A stretch of DNA of 55,824 bases from Escherichia virus TH28. A program made the position numbers and the translations under genes. The notes below the pieces were generated by a model. The model made no database searches. It worked only from the letters and a program-made list of their open reading frames with translations, and had not been told where the DNA came from. This document shows positions 48,801 to 55,824 of this stretch, piece by piece. Within the stretch, counting starts at the first letter, position 1. Every line of letters begins with the position of its first letter. Where the stretch lies: the sequence record MT446402.1. The stretch is one strand, 5' to 3'.

Positions 48801-49570
48801 TCTCCAACAACAGATTCAGAACCAAGTTGAGGTAATGAATCCATGTATGAAAGTTTTGGCCCCGACTTATTTCCTACATTCATTGCAGATACGGCAGCAA
48901 CTTCTCGGAAGTTTTGCGGCAATTCTGATTCTAAACGTTTGGCTACACGATAAACATCTCGTGCATAGCGGTCTGGGTTGTCGTATTGTTCACGGTCAAC
49001 ATACATGTGAGCAAGATAGCCAAATGACTTGGCAATATCTCCACGGTTTGTGGAATATTCATCCATAATATTACCGGTATAGTGTCCGGCAAGTTCAGGC
49101 ATTATATCTTGATGACCTGCAAGAGTATCTCGCATGTACGAGTTAAGCATTCCCCAATGACCTTCCGGCTTGTTGGGGTTGGCTTTAGGCATGTGCATCC
49201 AAACATCATCAGCGGATACACCAAGTTGTTCCATGTATGCGTGAACTGCTTCTACATGGTGTCCTGGTCCGTTCATTGCAGCATGGAATGTTTCAGTCAG
49301 CCCAGCGCCAGAAATCATCTGTGCTATATGTGCTGCATCTGAAATCATATCAGAAGTCCCGTATGAAGTTTCATCCTCATACATCTGGGAATCTGGTTCG
49401 CCCAAAAGCTGTGAATTTGTTTCCATCCAACCTGACGCAGCACTTGATTCAAGTTGCTGGGCCATATCTCGTTTGCGCATACCAGGATTGAAGGACAGAC
49501 CGTACTGAGCACCCATGCCGATTAGTTCGGCCTCGGATAGCTTCATTAAATCTTTTAAGTTCTTAGCCAT
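45893..49570 (-). CDS. tape-measure-position protein with YqaJ-like nuclease domain, Gly-rich segment and C-terminal lytic transglycosylase domain
   Basis: 1225 aa; residues about 455-600 carry QGTQEW...ITGS, SPDGL, WEHK (PD-(D/E)XK YqaJ pattern); residues 740-810 are Gly-rich; residues about 1040-1140 carry the SLT motif GEESGN...SPTGAKGRMQV. Confidence 0.7.
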   Translation of the reverse strand: MAKNLKDLMKLSEAELIGMGAQYGLSFNPGMRKRDMAQQLESSAASGWMETNSQLLGEPDSQMYEDETSYGTSDMISDAAHIAQMISGAGLTETFHAAMNGPGHHVEAVHAYMEQLGVSADDVWMHMPKANPNKPEGHWGMLNSYMRDTLAGHQDIMPELAGHYTGNIMDEYSTNRGDIAKSFGYLAHMYVDREQYDNPDRYARDVYRVAKRLESELPQNFREVAAVSAMNVGNKSGPKLSYMDSLPQLGSESVVGDILHPRQPLNASGLPIGSFGGGIKSEYSLSASLSGSPGWSDASKTLYQDVSGVVKSAAKVYSGGAERGMNAYRTQSSDRDLILDSASRYADIADVRSGYDNLKKDIGDDPRYSGTSIRGVLENAHQYNEAEVSRTFDPAERLRNTGPTELSPSTEFIAQLDSPTSWNSARSRRESIAISNLDSAPQPAPQEGPIRYHNMEQGTQEWLDFRKQYDITGSTVGSFLGNNEYNRPWAAMVDKIGLQRGKGPSEFTQRMFEAGHRTEEVARNRVAKEFGFDIEQAGAITNDNYPSFMYSPDGLIGDDAIWEHKNPERAKKFSNLSAGEHKDYLDQLQFGMLVSGRSRALFSQTIGDKTVSEWIEKDEGWYERNKDKIDSTIGRLNAGREFVEANSDLSNDDLIKGARAAMTGDGIWKDVKQKSTRGYSAAAGTADDPFIGNRTSAGVGEATASAVGSDSTTGNDLMAVSVKKGILAAQEENKLRGQDADFGDNGGRGGGGGFWDTFDASSYGIGGGGSGGGGGRGWNTGGSFSDDFGRAGGALAAGVAGGSIGSLSNGAMNALMMTPWGRVAGMAIGATQIGNEALEGLNDFYGNSLDAGVNNPNEYSSMSQGLEMLGLNQQQAGRLNRTTHSAYNTLLNGDPSGAVNIVQGTRGLITIGDIRAAQGDPVALARVMRERGQERGWSQARIAGAMEMAGLDGMARAYDRTDYSVNEAQENVSRGANSQYADGIAQLGIAQTERAGVLPGYAVPQAAISYGSSFIEAGGDAARVARTASNGLADTTRTVYDFIAGEESGNRDLNADGSVVTSPTGAKGRMQVLDSTSRDPGFGVKPARDNSLEERARVGRDYYDAMLKRYNGDAEKAMAAYTDGAGTVDDAINKHGTDWLNAVPLQAQNRVKKYREWASQGDSIAEGATGFTRNGLSYGQTQATVVNVEVKATVNNKQASATVSTPNGQTVTQTINMGNGAMERR

Positions 49571-49841
49571 TGTCTTCTTCTTTAGGTTTTAGTTCATTAC
49601 GCAAATCAAGTATTGCGTGGAAAGTTAACAAATCCATAATAGAGTAGGTCCCGTCCGAGAGTTCTTTAAGAGAACAGAGAGAACTGTCCTCTATTACAGG
49701 ACGGTGCAGGAAGTATTTTATTTCCGGGAACTTCTGAGTTAAATCGTTTCCGGACTCGAATTCTTCTGCTCGGCCATTTTGGATGCTTCCACCGCCTCCA
49801 ATTGTCTGCGTTCGTTGAGTTCGAGCCCTTGCTTGAAAAAA
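49563..49841 (-). other. -1 frame extension of tail assembly chaperone (frameshift product)
   Basis: From the slippery heptamer the -1 frame stays open for about 92 codons and stops at 49563-49565, overlapping the next gene's ATG at 49568-49570. Confidence 0.5.
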
Positions 49842-50197
49842 TCAAGGAAGTTCGATTCAAGAACAAATGCAAACACATGGTGCATGAGCATTAAATTGCC
49901 GTTGTACTTCATCTGCATAGTGCGTGGATTAACTTCGACACCATCAATGGTTGCCATACACACTACACGTTTAATTAATTCTGTTACTTCCGTATGAGTT
50001 CCACCCTGCTGCATCAAATGAATAATGTCTGCAAAGTTATATTTGTTCTCAACGAATGGGAATATCGAAATACCGAGTTTCTGAACAAGCTCGACTTGGA
50101 GGTCAAGAGCTTGGCTGGCACCGAGTTGTCGCGTACCAACCAAGACTGTCTCACCAGAGTCGGCTTGTAACTCGCGTTGGCGAAGTTCACAAGCCAT
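49739..50197 (-). CDS. tail assembly chaperone
   Basis: 152-aa ORF between tube and tape-measure-position genes; contains slippery site. Confidence 0.55.
   Translation of the reverse strand: MACELRQRELQADSGETVLVGTRQLGASQALDLQVELVQKLGISIFPFVENKYNFADIIHLMQQGGTHTEVTELIKRVVCMATIDGVEVNPRTMQMKYNGNLMLMHHVFAFVLESNFLDFFKQGLELNERRQLEAVEASKMAEQKNSSPETI
49835..49841 (-). promoter_or_regulatory. -1 ribosomal frameshift slippery heptamer U UUU UUC
   Basis: Minus strand gat-ttt-ttc with zero-frame codons UUU UUC (X XXY YYZ pattern). Confidence 0.5.
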
Positions 50198-50211
50198 GCT
50201 CTTACCTTATA

Positions 50212-50667
50212 TTAAACGCCGATTTCTGGATACTGGCCAGTCACGATGGTGAGGCGTTCTACAAACACAGCCCACATATTCGAAGTGAAGGTTACACCAC
50301 GAACGATTGCTGGCTGTTGCAGAATTGCACCGTTGACACCGTTAACCAGTACGTCACCCATCTTGTCAACCAATTGCAACTGCAAAGGTTCCCAGAGGGA
50401 TTTGTTACCAGACAAACCAGTTGCACGAGTAAGCTGTGCACGTTGGTAAAGGATTTCGTTCCAGTCTGCCGTTTGCAGCAGTGGGAAAGTGATAACCCCA
50501 GACTGGTCAGCAGTGGTTGCTACAGCAAGTTTGCCGTAAGCATCCATAACAGGAACATGCTGTGGCACGTTGTAGCGTGCCGTAATTACAGATTGCCCTG
50601 CCTGAAAACCGTCTACACGAGCACCGTCAATCAGGAGGTCTGTATTATAAAACGAATATTGCTTCAC
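50212..50667 (-). CDS. tail tube protein
   Basis: 151 aa between sheath and chaperone genes. Confidence 0.5.
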   Translation of the reverse strand: MKQYSFYNTDLLIDGARVDGFQAGQSVITARYNVPQHVPVMDAYGKLAVATTADQSGVITFPLLQTADWNEILYQRAQLTRATGLSGNKSLWEPLQLQLVDKMGDVLVNGVNGAILQQPAIVRGVTFTSNMWAVFVERLTIVTGQYPEIGV

Positions 50668-50676
50668 TGTTCACCC

Positions 50677-52125
50677 TTACTGAATGAAGTTGCCAGAGAT
50701 TACAGCACCCTGGATTGCACCGGAACCGATAGCAATAAAGGAAGTACCTTCCCAAATACGTTCACCCTTCTGCGACTGCAAGAGTTCTAACGGAGTAGAA
50801 ATAACTTTGTAGCCTTCTGGATAGAAGACGCCTTCGTTATCATAGCCAGGGGCAATGAGGCCGTTAGTCTTAGCGAGTTCGAGCGCCAGGGTTACTTGCT
50901 GGTTAACCATTGCTACACCAGTGTCCGTCCAAGGAATCTTGGTAGTGGAGGTGTAGAACAAGTTGAACACGTTCAGTCGAACTTTCTGAGTCAGCCATTC
51001 AACACCTTGTACGGAGTCGAACCATGTGCCGTCAGCCATACGACCGTTGTAGAACATTACGTTGCCAGCAACAGAAATGAATGCGTTACCACCACAAGAA
51101 AGCAGCGCACTTACCTGCCCAGAAGACAGGTCAGCAGTGGCGATACCTGGACCTTTCTTGTATGCCAGAATAAGAACAGAGTTTGCAACGTTAAAGTTAA
51201 CAGTTGATGCACGACCCAGGATAGAAATTTCCGGATATTCATCACCATTCGCAGAAGCATCGTAAACACACAGAGTGTTACGCAGGTTCTGGTTCTTAGC
51301 ACGACGGAAGCTGTTATCAGTGCCGTTGATAAGAATGTTCTTGTCGTTATCACCCCAGCCAAATACTTTGCTGGATGCTTCACACCACTTCGCCACAGAC
51401 ATTTGGTTGTCTACTGGAGAGGTTTTGCCACGATACTGGCGGTCAAGGCCCACATAGAAGAAGTTGAATGGAGCATCTGCAATATTAGACAAGTCGGAAG
51501 AAATGGATAGCTCGTTCTTACCAGCAACAATAACTGCGCTGTCAGAAGATTGCAGTTTCAGTACTTCACCAACTTTACCACCAACGTTGCTGATAGTTGC
51601 GTTGATGCCAGTTGCAGAAGTGGTCAGCTTGAACTTGCCAGCTTCCTGAGTAACAGTTACGCCAGCACCAACAGAAGATAGTGCAGTAGTTACTAGAGTT
51701 GCAACTTCTTCGAAGTCAGCAGCAGCAGAGAAATCAATCGGGTCAGTAACATACTGAACACCGCTAACACTTAACTGCATGGTTGCAGCAGTTTCCAGCT
51801 TAATGGTTGCCAATACAGCAGCAGTTGCAGCAGTAACAGTGGCAGGAGTTGCTGGAGTCAAAGTATCGTACTTGATAGCACCAACCAGGAAAGTCTTCGG
51901 AGTTGGCTTCTGCGAGTACCAAGAGGTAGCAGCTTTAGCAATCTCACCACCAGGGAAGTCTGCGAGAACTTCTTTCAAACTGGTATAGGAACGAACCGGA
52001 TATACATCAACGGTCGGTACAAACTCTTTGCTCATAAAGAGCAATGGCCCAAAACCATCGGTCGCAATGGCGTTCGGGGAGATTGCGATATCAACCTGAA
52101 CTAAATCAGAAATTGGGATTGACAT
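50677..52125 (-). CDS. tail sheath protein
   Basis: 482 aa immediately upstream of tube gene; size and position fit Mu/P2-type sheath. Confidence 0.5.
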   Translation of the reverse strand: MSIPISDLVQVDIAISPNAIATDGFGPLLFMSKEFVPTVDVYPVRSYTSLKEVLADFPGGEIAKAATSWYSQKPTPKTFLVGAIKYDTLTPATPATVTAATAAVLATIKLETAATMQLSVSGVQYVTDPIDFSAAADFEEVATLVTTALSSVGAGVTVTQEAGKFKLTTSATGINATISNVGGKVGEVLKLQSSDSAVIVAGKNELSISSDLSNIADAPFNFFYVGLDRQYRGKTSPVDNQMSVAKWCEASSKVFGWGDNDKNILINGTDNSFRRAKNQNLRNTLCVYDASANGDEYPEISILGRASTVNFNVANSVLILAYKKGPGIATADLSSGQVSALLSCGGNAFISVAGNVMFYNGRMADGTWFDSVQGVEWLTQKVRLNVFNLFYTSTTKIPWTDTGVAMVNQQVTLALELAKTNGLIAPGYDNEGVFYPEGYKVISTPLELLQSQKGERIWEGTSFIAIGSGAIQGAVISGNFIQ

Positions 52126-52127
52126 TA

Positions 52128-52646
52128 TTAAACCTTTTTGGTTGTGATAAGTGTATTACCATCATAGAAGTTGCCACCAACATATGCGCCAGACATGACT
52201 CCGATAGGACTCAAATCTTCACGAATAACATTGAATTGCATTTTAACCGCTTGGCGAACTTCCCAATTGGTTTCCATTTGTATGGTGGCAAGATTTAAAG
52301 GTTCTTTACCAAGAGCAGCAAACTTCTCCTGCTTCAATTTGGCTTGAACATCGGGACGGTAAAACGAATTATCAAACTTGATAAATTCATCACCCTCACG
52401 AGAAAACATTATTGCAAATGTCAGAATACGAACACCACGAGTACGGAATATCTCTTCGCCATTAATGGTTACTATTCTGTTCTCGTCAAAACCTGGGTTG
52501 GTGCTTGATAAACATTTGATTGCAGCATACTCACCATGGGGTCGGGGAGCGTTAATCTGCATGTTGTATGTAAATTGTGGGATGCCCACACATACATCTA
52601 CAATCTCTTTCATGGATTGTAGTTCTTCAAGTCTAATATCCATCAC
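52128..52646 (-). CDS. head-tail joining / tail completion protein (copy B)
   Basis: 172 aa; 2 substitutions relative to 57..575. Confidence 0.45.
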   Translation of the reverse strand: MMDIRLEELQSMKEIVDVCVGIPQFTYNMQINAPRPHGEYAAIKCLSSTNPGFDENRIVTINGEEIFRTRGVRILTFAIMFSREGDEFIKFDNSFYRPDVQAKLKQEKFAALGKEPLNLATIQMETNWEVRQAVKMQFNVIREDLSPIGVMSGAYVGGNFYDGNTLITTKKV

Positions 52647-53059
52647 TTCTCCAGTACGCGAGCGGCAATCACGGAGAAGAACCCAGCATCTTCATAATCG
52701 TTTATTGCTATAACTTTATACTGAATGCCGTAAACAGTGATAATGGATTTCATAGGCATCTTAGTACGACTATGAATCTTCATGAATGCTGGCTGACGTT
52801 CGCCAACATCAGTCGCTTTAAGCTGTTGACCAGCTACACCTGAATCCCTGTCTCCATATGCAATGGGAGTACAGCGGAACTTCTTCGGAGGTGCCCAGGA
52901 ATCTTCCACCCAGTTATTAAGATTGTCGTAATAACCTTCTATATAAACTGCAATGGTGGGTCGGTTTGTGGTTGTGTATCTGTTAAATGCTCGACGTTGA
53001 TTTATCACATCTGCCACCCTGGAGAAATTCGAGGGCCAGCAAAAGCCATACGTCGCCAT
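52643..53059 (-). CDS. head-tail connector region protein (copy B)
   Basis: 138 aa; paralogue of 572..988. Confidence 0.4.
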   Translation of the reverse strand: MATYGFCWPSNFSRVADVINQRRAFNRYTTTNRPTIAVYIEGYYDNLNNWVEDSWAPPKKFRCTPIAYGDRDSGVAGQQLKATDVGERQPAFMKIHSRTKMPMKSIITVYGIQYKVIAINDYEDAGFFSVIAARVLEK

Positions 53060-53394
53060 TGCAAATAACGTTGCCCATAAACGGTAGACATGAGGTCAGC
53101 TTCAACATAGGGAATTGTTGAAATGATTCGGTCGCTAAACTCTACCTGCACATCGTCAACATCTGTACGACTTACAGGTATAGATGGCATAGCAGCATCC
53201 CCAGGCAGTAGGTCGTCAATTGTTGAAGACCAATGCGCAATAAGGGATGCCATTGCTGGGTCATAAAACCCACACCAACGCGATTCGATTGTTCCCATCA
53301 TCAGTTTTGCATCTTCAACTAAGATTTCAAAACGGTCTTGGGTCATGTCAGCCATTGCAGGATAACGTTTAACCAAATCGGTTAGTGTTATCAT
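53005..53394 (-). CDS. head-tail connector region protein (copy B)
   Basis: 129 aa; paralogue of 934..1323. Confidence 0.4.
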   Translation of the reverse strand: MITLTDLVKRYPAMADMTQDRFEILVEDAKLMMGTIESRWCGFYDPAMASLIAHWSSTIDDLLPGDAAMPSIPVSRTDVDDVQVEFSDRIISTIPYVEADLMSTVYGQRYLQWRRMAFAGPRISPGWQM

Positions 53395-53835
53395 TTACGC
53401 CAACTTATCGTAGAGGGCCAGTTTAGCTTCTTCCGGCATATCTTTGATGTTCACGCCGTTAGCAACCAACACTTTATCAATGTCAGGCATACCAACTTTC
53501 ACGCGTTCAACAATAGACAGACTGCCAGCTTTGATAGCTTCTTTGACCAGGTTTACTTTACGAGTTTTACCCGTGGTGTAATATTCCTTAATCACGAGTG
53601 CTTCTTTGCCAGACTTAACGTCAGCACCAATGTTGGAGTCGTCCAGCTTAACTTCTTCTTCACGCATCACTTCAACTTCAGTGACAGAAGAGGTAATTGC
53701 TTTATACACTTCATCATCAATTTCAACAGTTGCACCGCCAGGAATGTGTACAAAATCCAGTACAGGTTTGCCAGATTTATCCTTCTTATAGAAGAAGAAT
53801 TGGAGGTTGCGAGTTTCGTTGTTCTTAAGCTGCAT
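53395..53835 (-). CDS. head-tail connector region protein (copy B)
   Basis: 146 aa; paralogue of 1323..1763. Confidence 0.4.
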   Translation of the reverse strand: MQLKNNETRNLQFFFYKKDKSGKPVLDFVHIPGGATVEIDDEVYKAITSSVTEVEVMREEEVKLDDSNIGADVKSGKEALVIKEYYTTGKTRKVNLVKEAIKAGSLSIVERVKVGMPDIDKVLVANGVNIKDMPEEAKLALYDKLA

Positions 53836-53878
53836 TACATTTCTCTTAAATTAGGCGAGATTTCTCCCGCCATCTGGG

Positions 53879-54886
53879 TTAAATACCGGAGTTGATGGAG
53901 ATTGCTGCCGGGTACATTGCCTGGAAGCCAGCGAAACGGCCACGACCAGGTACTTCATAAACCAGACCATGCAGCTGAACTGGTTGCCAAGTTAACGGCA
54001 GCGGTTCACGCAGACGGAAGGTGCGGTTGCCCATAGCTTCACGGCACACAACTACGAAGCAATCTGCGCCAGAAGCACCGTGACCTTTGATTGCATTAAG
54101 GCCCTTGATTTTGTCACGGGAATTAATGAACTGGTTGTTGTCAATGAAGAACTGACCGATAGTCTTATCAGACTGCTCAGAACGTGCGGTGTTGAAGATG
54201 TACTGCTCATGCTCAACAGGCATCCAGATTTCAGAAGGACGCATGATTTTCAGAGTAGATGCGTACATTGCAGACACAGCAGTGGTCAGGTCAGCAATAA
54301 CTTCGGTCGGAGTCTTCTCGTTCCACTTGGTAGAACTGCCAGCGCCCTGAGCAACAGTTGCTTTGGTAACGTCTGGGTTTTCGAAGAAGCCAACAAAGCC
54401 GTTAGCCTGGTCGCCGTACCATGCAGCGGAGTTTACATACTGCTCGTAACCACGAATCGCAGCATTTGCTTTACGAGTTTCCAGCGGCAGACCAGTTACA
54501 GCAGCAGATGCAACTTCGTCAATGTCATAGTCGAATGCAGTACCAACAGACTTAACTGTTACGCTGTATTCTTTACCAGAAATGCTGGACTTCGGCAGGT
54601 CGGTTGCACGGGCGTTGATTACCTGAGCTTTACCAACATGGTTGTATGAACGGTAGGTCAGCGTGTTAACACCAGCGCCGCCAGTAGTATCAACACCGAA
54701 AGCAGCACGAGCTTCCAGTTCAGGATACAGGGTGTCGTAAGTTTGAGCTTCAATGAACTCAAGCTGACGTTGAAAGAACACTGCGTCGTCGTCATTCAAA
54801 ACAACGGTGCCAGAGTCCTGGATACGGGTGATGGCATCATTCAGTTCAAATTCAGAACCGTCGGCCAGTTTAATCATCTTTGGCAT
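53879..54886 (-). CDS. major capsid protein (copy B)
   Basis: 335 aa; paralogue of 1811..2818 with few substitutions. Confidence 0.55.
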   Translation of the reverse strand: MPKMIKLADGSEFELNDAITRIQDSGTVVLNDDDAVFFQRQLEFIEAQTYDTLYPELEARAAFGVDTTGGAGVNTLTYRSYNHVGKAQVINARATDLPKSSISGKEYSVTVKSVGTAFDYDIDEVASAAVTGLPLETRKANAAIRGYEQYVNSAAWYGDQANGFVGFFENPDVTKATVAQGAGSSTKWNEKTPTEVIADLTTAVSAMYASTLKIMRPSEIWMPVEHEQYIFNTARSEQSDKTIGQFFIDNNQFINSRDKIKGLNAIKGHGASGADCFVVVCREAMGNRTFRLREPLPLTWQPVQLHGLVYEVPGRGRFAGFQAMYPAAISINSGI

Positions 54887-54930
54887 TAAATTTATTCCAT
54901 TAGGCGCAGATTATTCTACGCCAATTAAAC

Positions 54931-55182
54931 TTAAGGATGCGTAATGGTGATTGCTTTAGTAGCAGTTACACCAGGAGCAGTCTTATGAGTTGCTTTGATT
55001 GTTGCAGAAGTCGCAGTACCAATCGTCGCAGTTGCAACAGTTACAGTACCATTGGCCGCCACAGTTACTCCAGTGACCGCTGGGTCAACAGTGAAGTTGT
55101 AGTCACTTGCAACAGAGTTTGCAAACGTAAACAGTTTATCAACAGTTACGGTAGCATTTACAGTTGAAGCATCAGCAGTCAC
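54931..55182 (-). CDS. Ig-like (Big_2-type) domain protein (copy B, different sequence from copy A)
   Basis: 83 aa, Thr/Val/Ala-rich beta-strand repeats (VTVAANGTVTVATATIGTAT). Confidence 0.4.
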   Translation of the reverse strand: MTADASTVNATVTVDKLFTFANSVASDYNFTVDPAVTGVTVAANGTVTVATATIGTATSATIKATHKTAPGVTATKAITITHP

Positions 55183-55223
55183 AGCCGCCGCTACCGCAGT
55201 AACGGTCGGTGCTGGAGGTGGCG

Positions 55224-55697
55224 TTACGACTTTGGGACTACGTTAATCATGACCGGAACAACATCACCAGCAGCAGCCGGATAGCGAAGTGCAGTCAGGT
55301 TGGTTGCCTTAGTATAGCCAGCGCCAACACCACCAAATTGACCAGTGGCAGACACGCCAATGTTCTTGTCAGTGATTGCAGTAACCAGTTTAACCATGAT
55401 TGGGCCAGACAGCATAACGCCCAGAGGCCAGCCAGCTTTGATTGCAACAGTGCCGTCACCAGGACGAGTTGCGGATTCGATGTTAATCTGGCGCATAGTA
55501 ATGCCCAGAACAGTGCCGTCGGCTTCAATACCAGGCTTAACCTGATTAGAAGCAGTACCCTGAACAACAGCTAAACCAAAGTTAGCCATTTCAGCTTCAG
55601 CATTGAAAGTCAGGCGCTGAGAGTTAGTGGTAGCCAGGCCATATTGCTCACCCGCATATGCTGCACCAGTATTAATAGACCAATCTTGCTTTGGCAT
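55224..55697 (-). CDS. head decoration-like protein (copy B, intact)
   Basis: 157-aa ORF; intact version of the split gene at 3221..3691. Confidence 0.45.
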   Translation of the reverse strand: MPKQDWSINTGAAYAGEQYGLATTNSQRLTFNAEAEMANFGLAVVQGTASNQVKPGIEADGTVLGITMRQINIESATRPGDGTVAIKAGWPLGVMLSGPIMVKLVTAITDKNIGVSATGQFGGVGAGYTKATNLTALRYPAAAGDVVPVMINVVPKS

Positions 55698-55706
55698 TGT
55701 CTTACC

Positions 55707-55824
55707 TTATAAAGAGTTGAAGCGTTCTAAACGACGTTTGTTAGCTTCTTCGGAAATAGAAACTTTAGGCTTACGAGCTTCTGAATCTTTCTTAGCAGAG
55801 AATTGCATAGATTGGTTCAGTGCA
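55707..55824 (-). CDS. prohead protease / scaffold-like protein, C-terminal fragment cut by window edge (copy B)
   Basis: 55697-55824 is identical to 3691-3818, which covers the 3' end of ORF 3701..4942. Confidence 0.4.
   Translation of the reverse strand, partial: ALNQSMQFSAKKDSEARKPKVSISEEANKRRLERFNSL

Noticed and set aside
49666-49878. 70-aa minus-strand ORF overlapping the tail chaperone
   Set aside because: It is in the +1 frame of the chaperone and is basic low-complexity sequence; the biologically expected extension is the -1 frame, which is open from the UUUUUUC site to the next gene's start.
1-55824. Integrase, transposase or other mobile-element boundaries
   Set aside because: No recombinase-like ORF or att-like flanking repeat was seen; the only candidate mobile gene is the free-standing HNH endonuclease.

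Overview
The window is a tailed dsDNA phage genome whose repeat unit is about 52.07 kb; the window over-runs that unit, so positions 1-3818 and 52073-55824 are two divergent copies of the same head-gene block. Every gene I can support lies on the minus strand; plus-strand ORFs in the track are antisense shadows. In minus-strand order (high to low coordinate) the modules are: a T7-like single-subunit RNA polymerase (31256-33370); an iteron-like repeat array (30340-31164); an early block of small genes (20593-29980) with an ArdA-like antirestriction protein, an M15 peptidase and a short protein carrying the SSB tail DFDDDIPF; an ORF-poor, apparently structured region with one tRNA-like element and an overlapped spanin pair (18150-20590); a replication and nucleotide block (8901-17862: ThyX-like, primase-helicase, family A DNA polymerase, FEN exonuclease, HNH, ligase, dNMP kinase, frameshifted dUTPase); terminase, portal and head genes; a Mu/P2-like contractile tail and baseplate (40542-52125) including a tape-measure-position protein with an embedded YqaJ-like nuclease domain and a C-terminal lytic transglycosylase; tail fibres; holin and endolysin; and a lone host-like nrdB. 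The items I would look at first are the nuclease-bearing tape-measure-position protein, the repeat array downstream of the RNAP gene, a 17-bp motif recurring upstream of early genes, the ThyX-like protein with a KHQ motif where RHR is expected, and the divergent duplication at the window ends. All calls are from reading the translations and sequence by eye; no searches were run.
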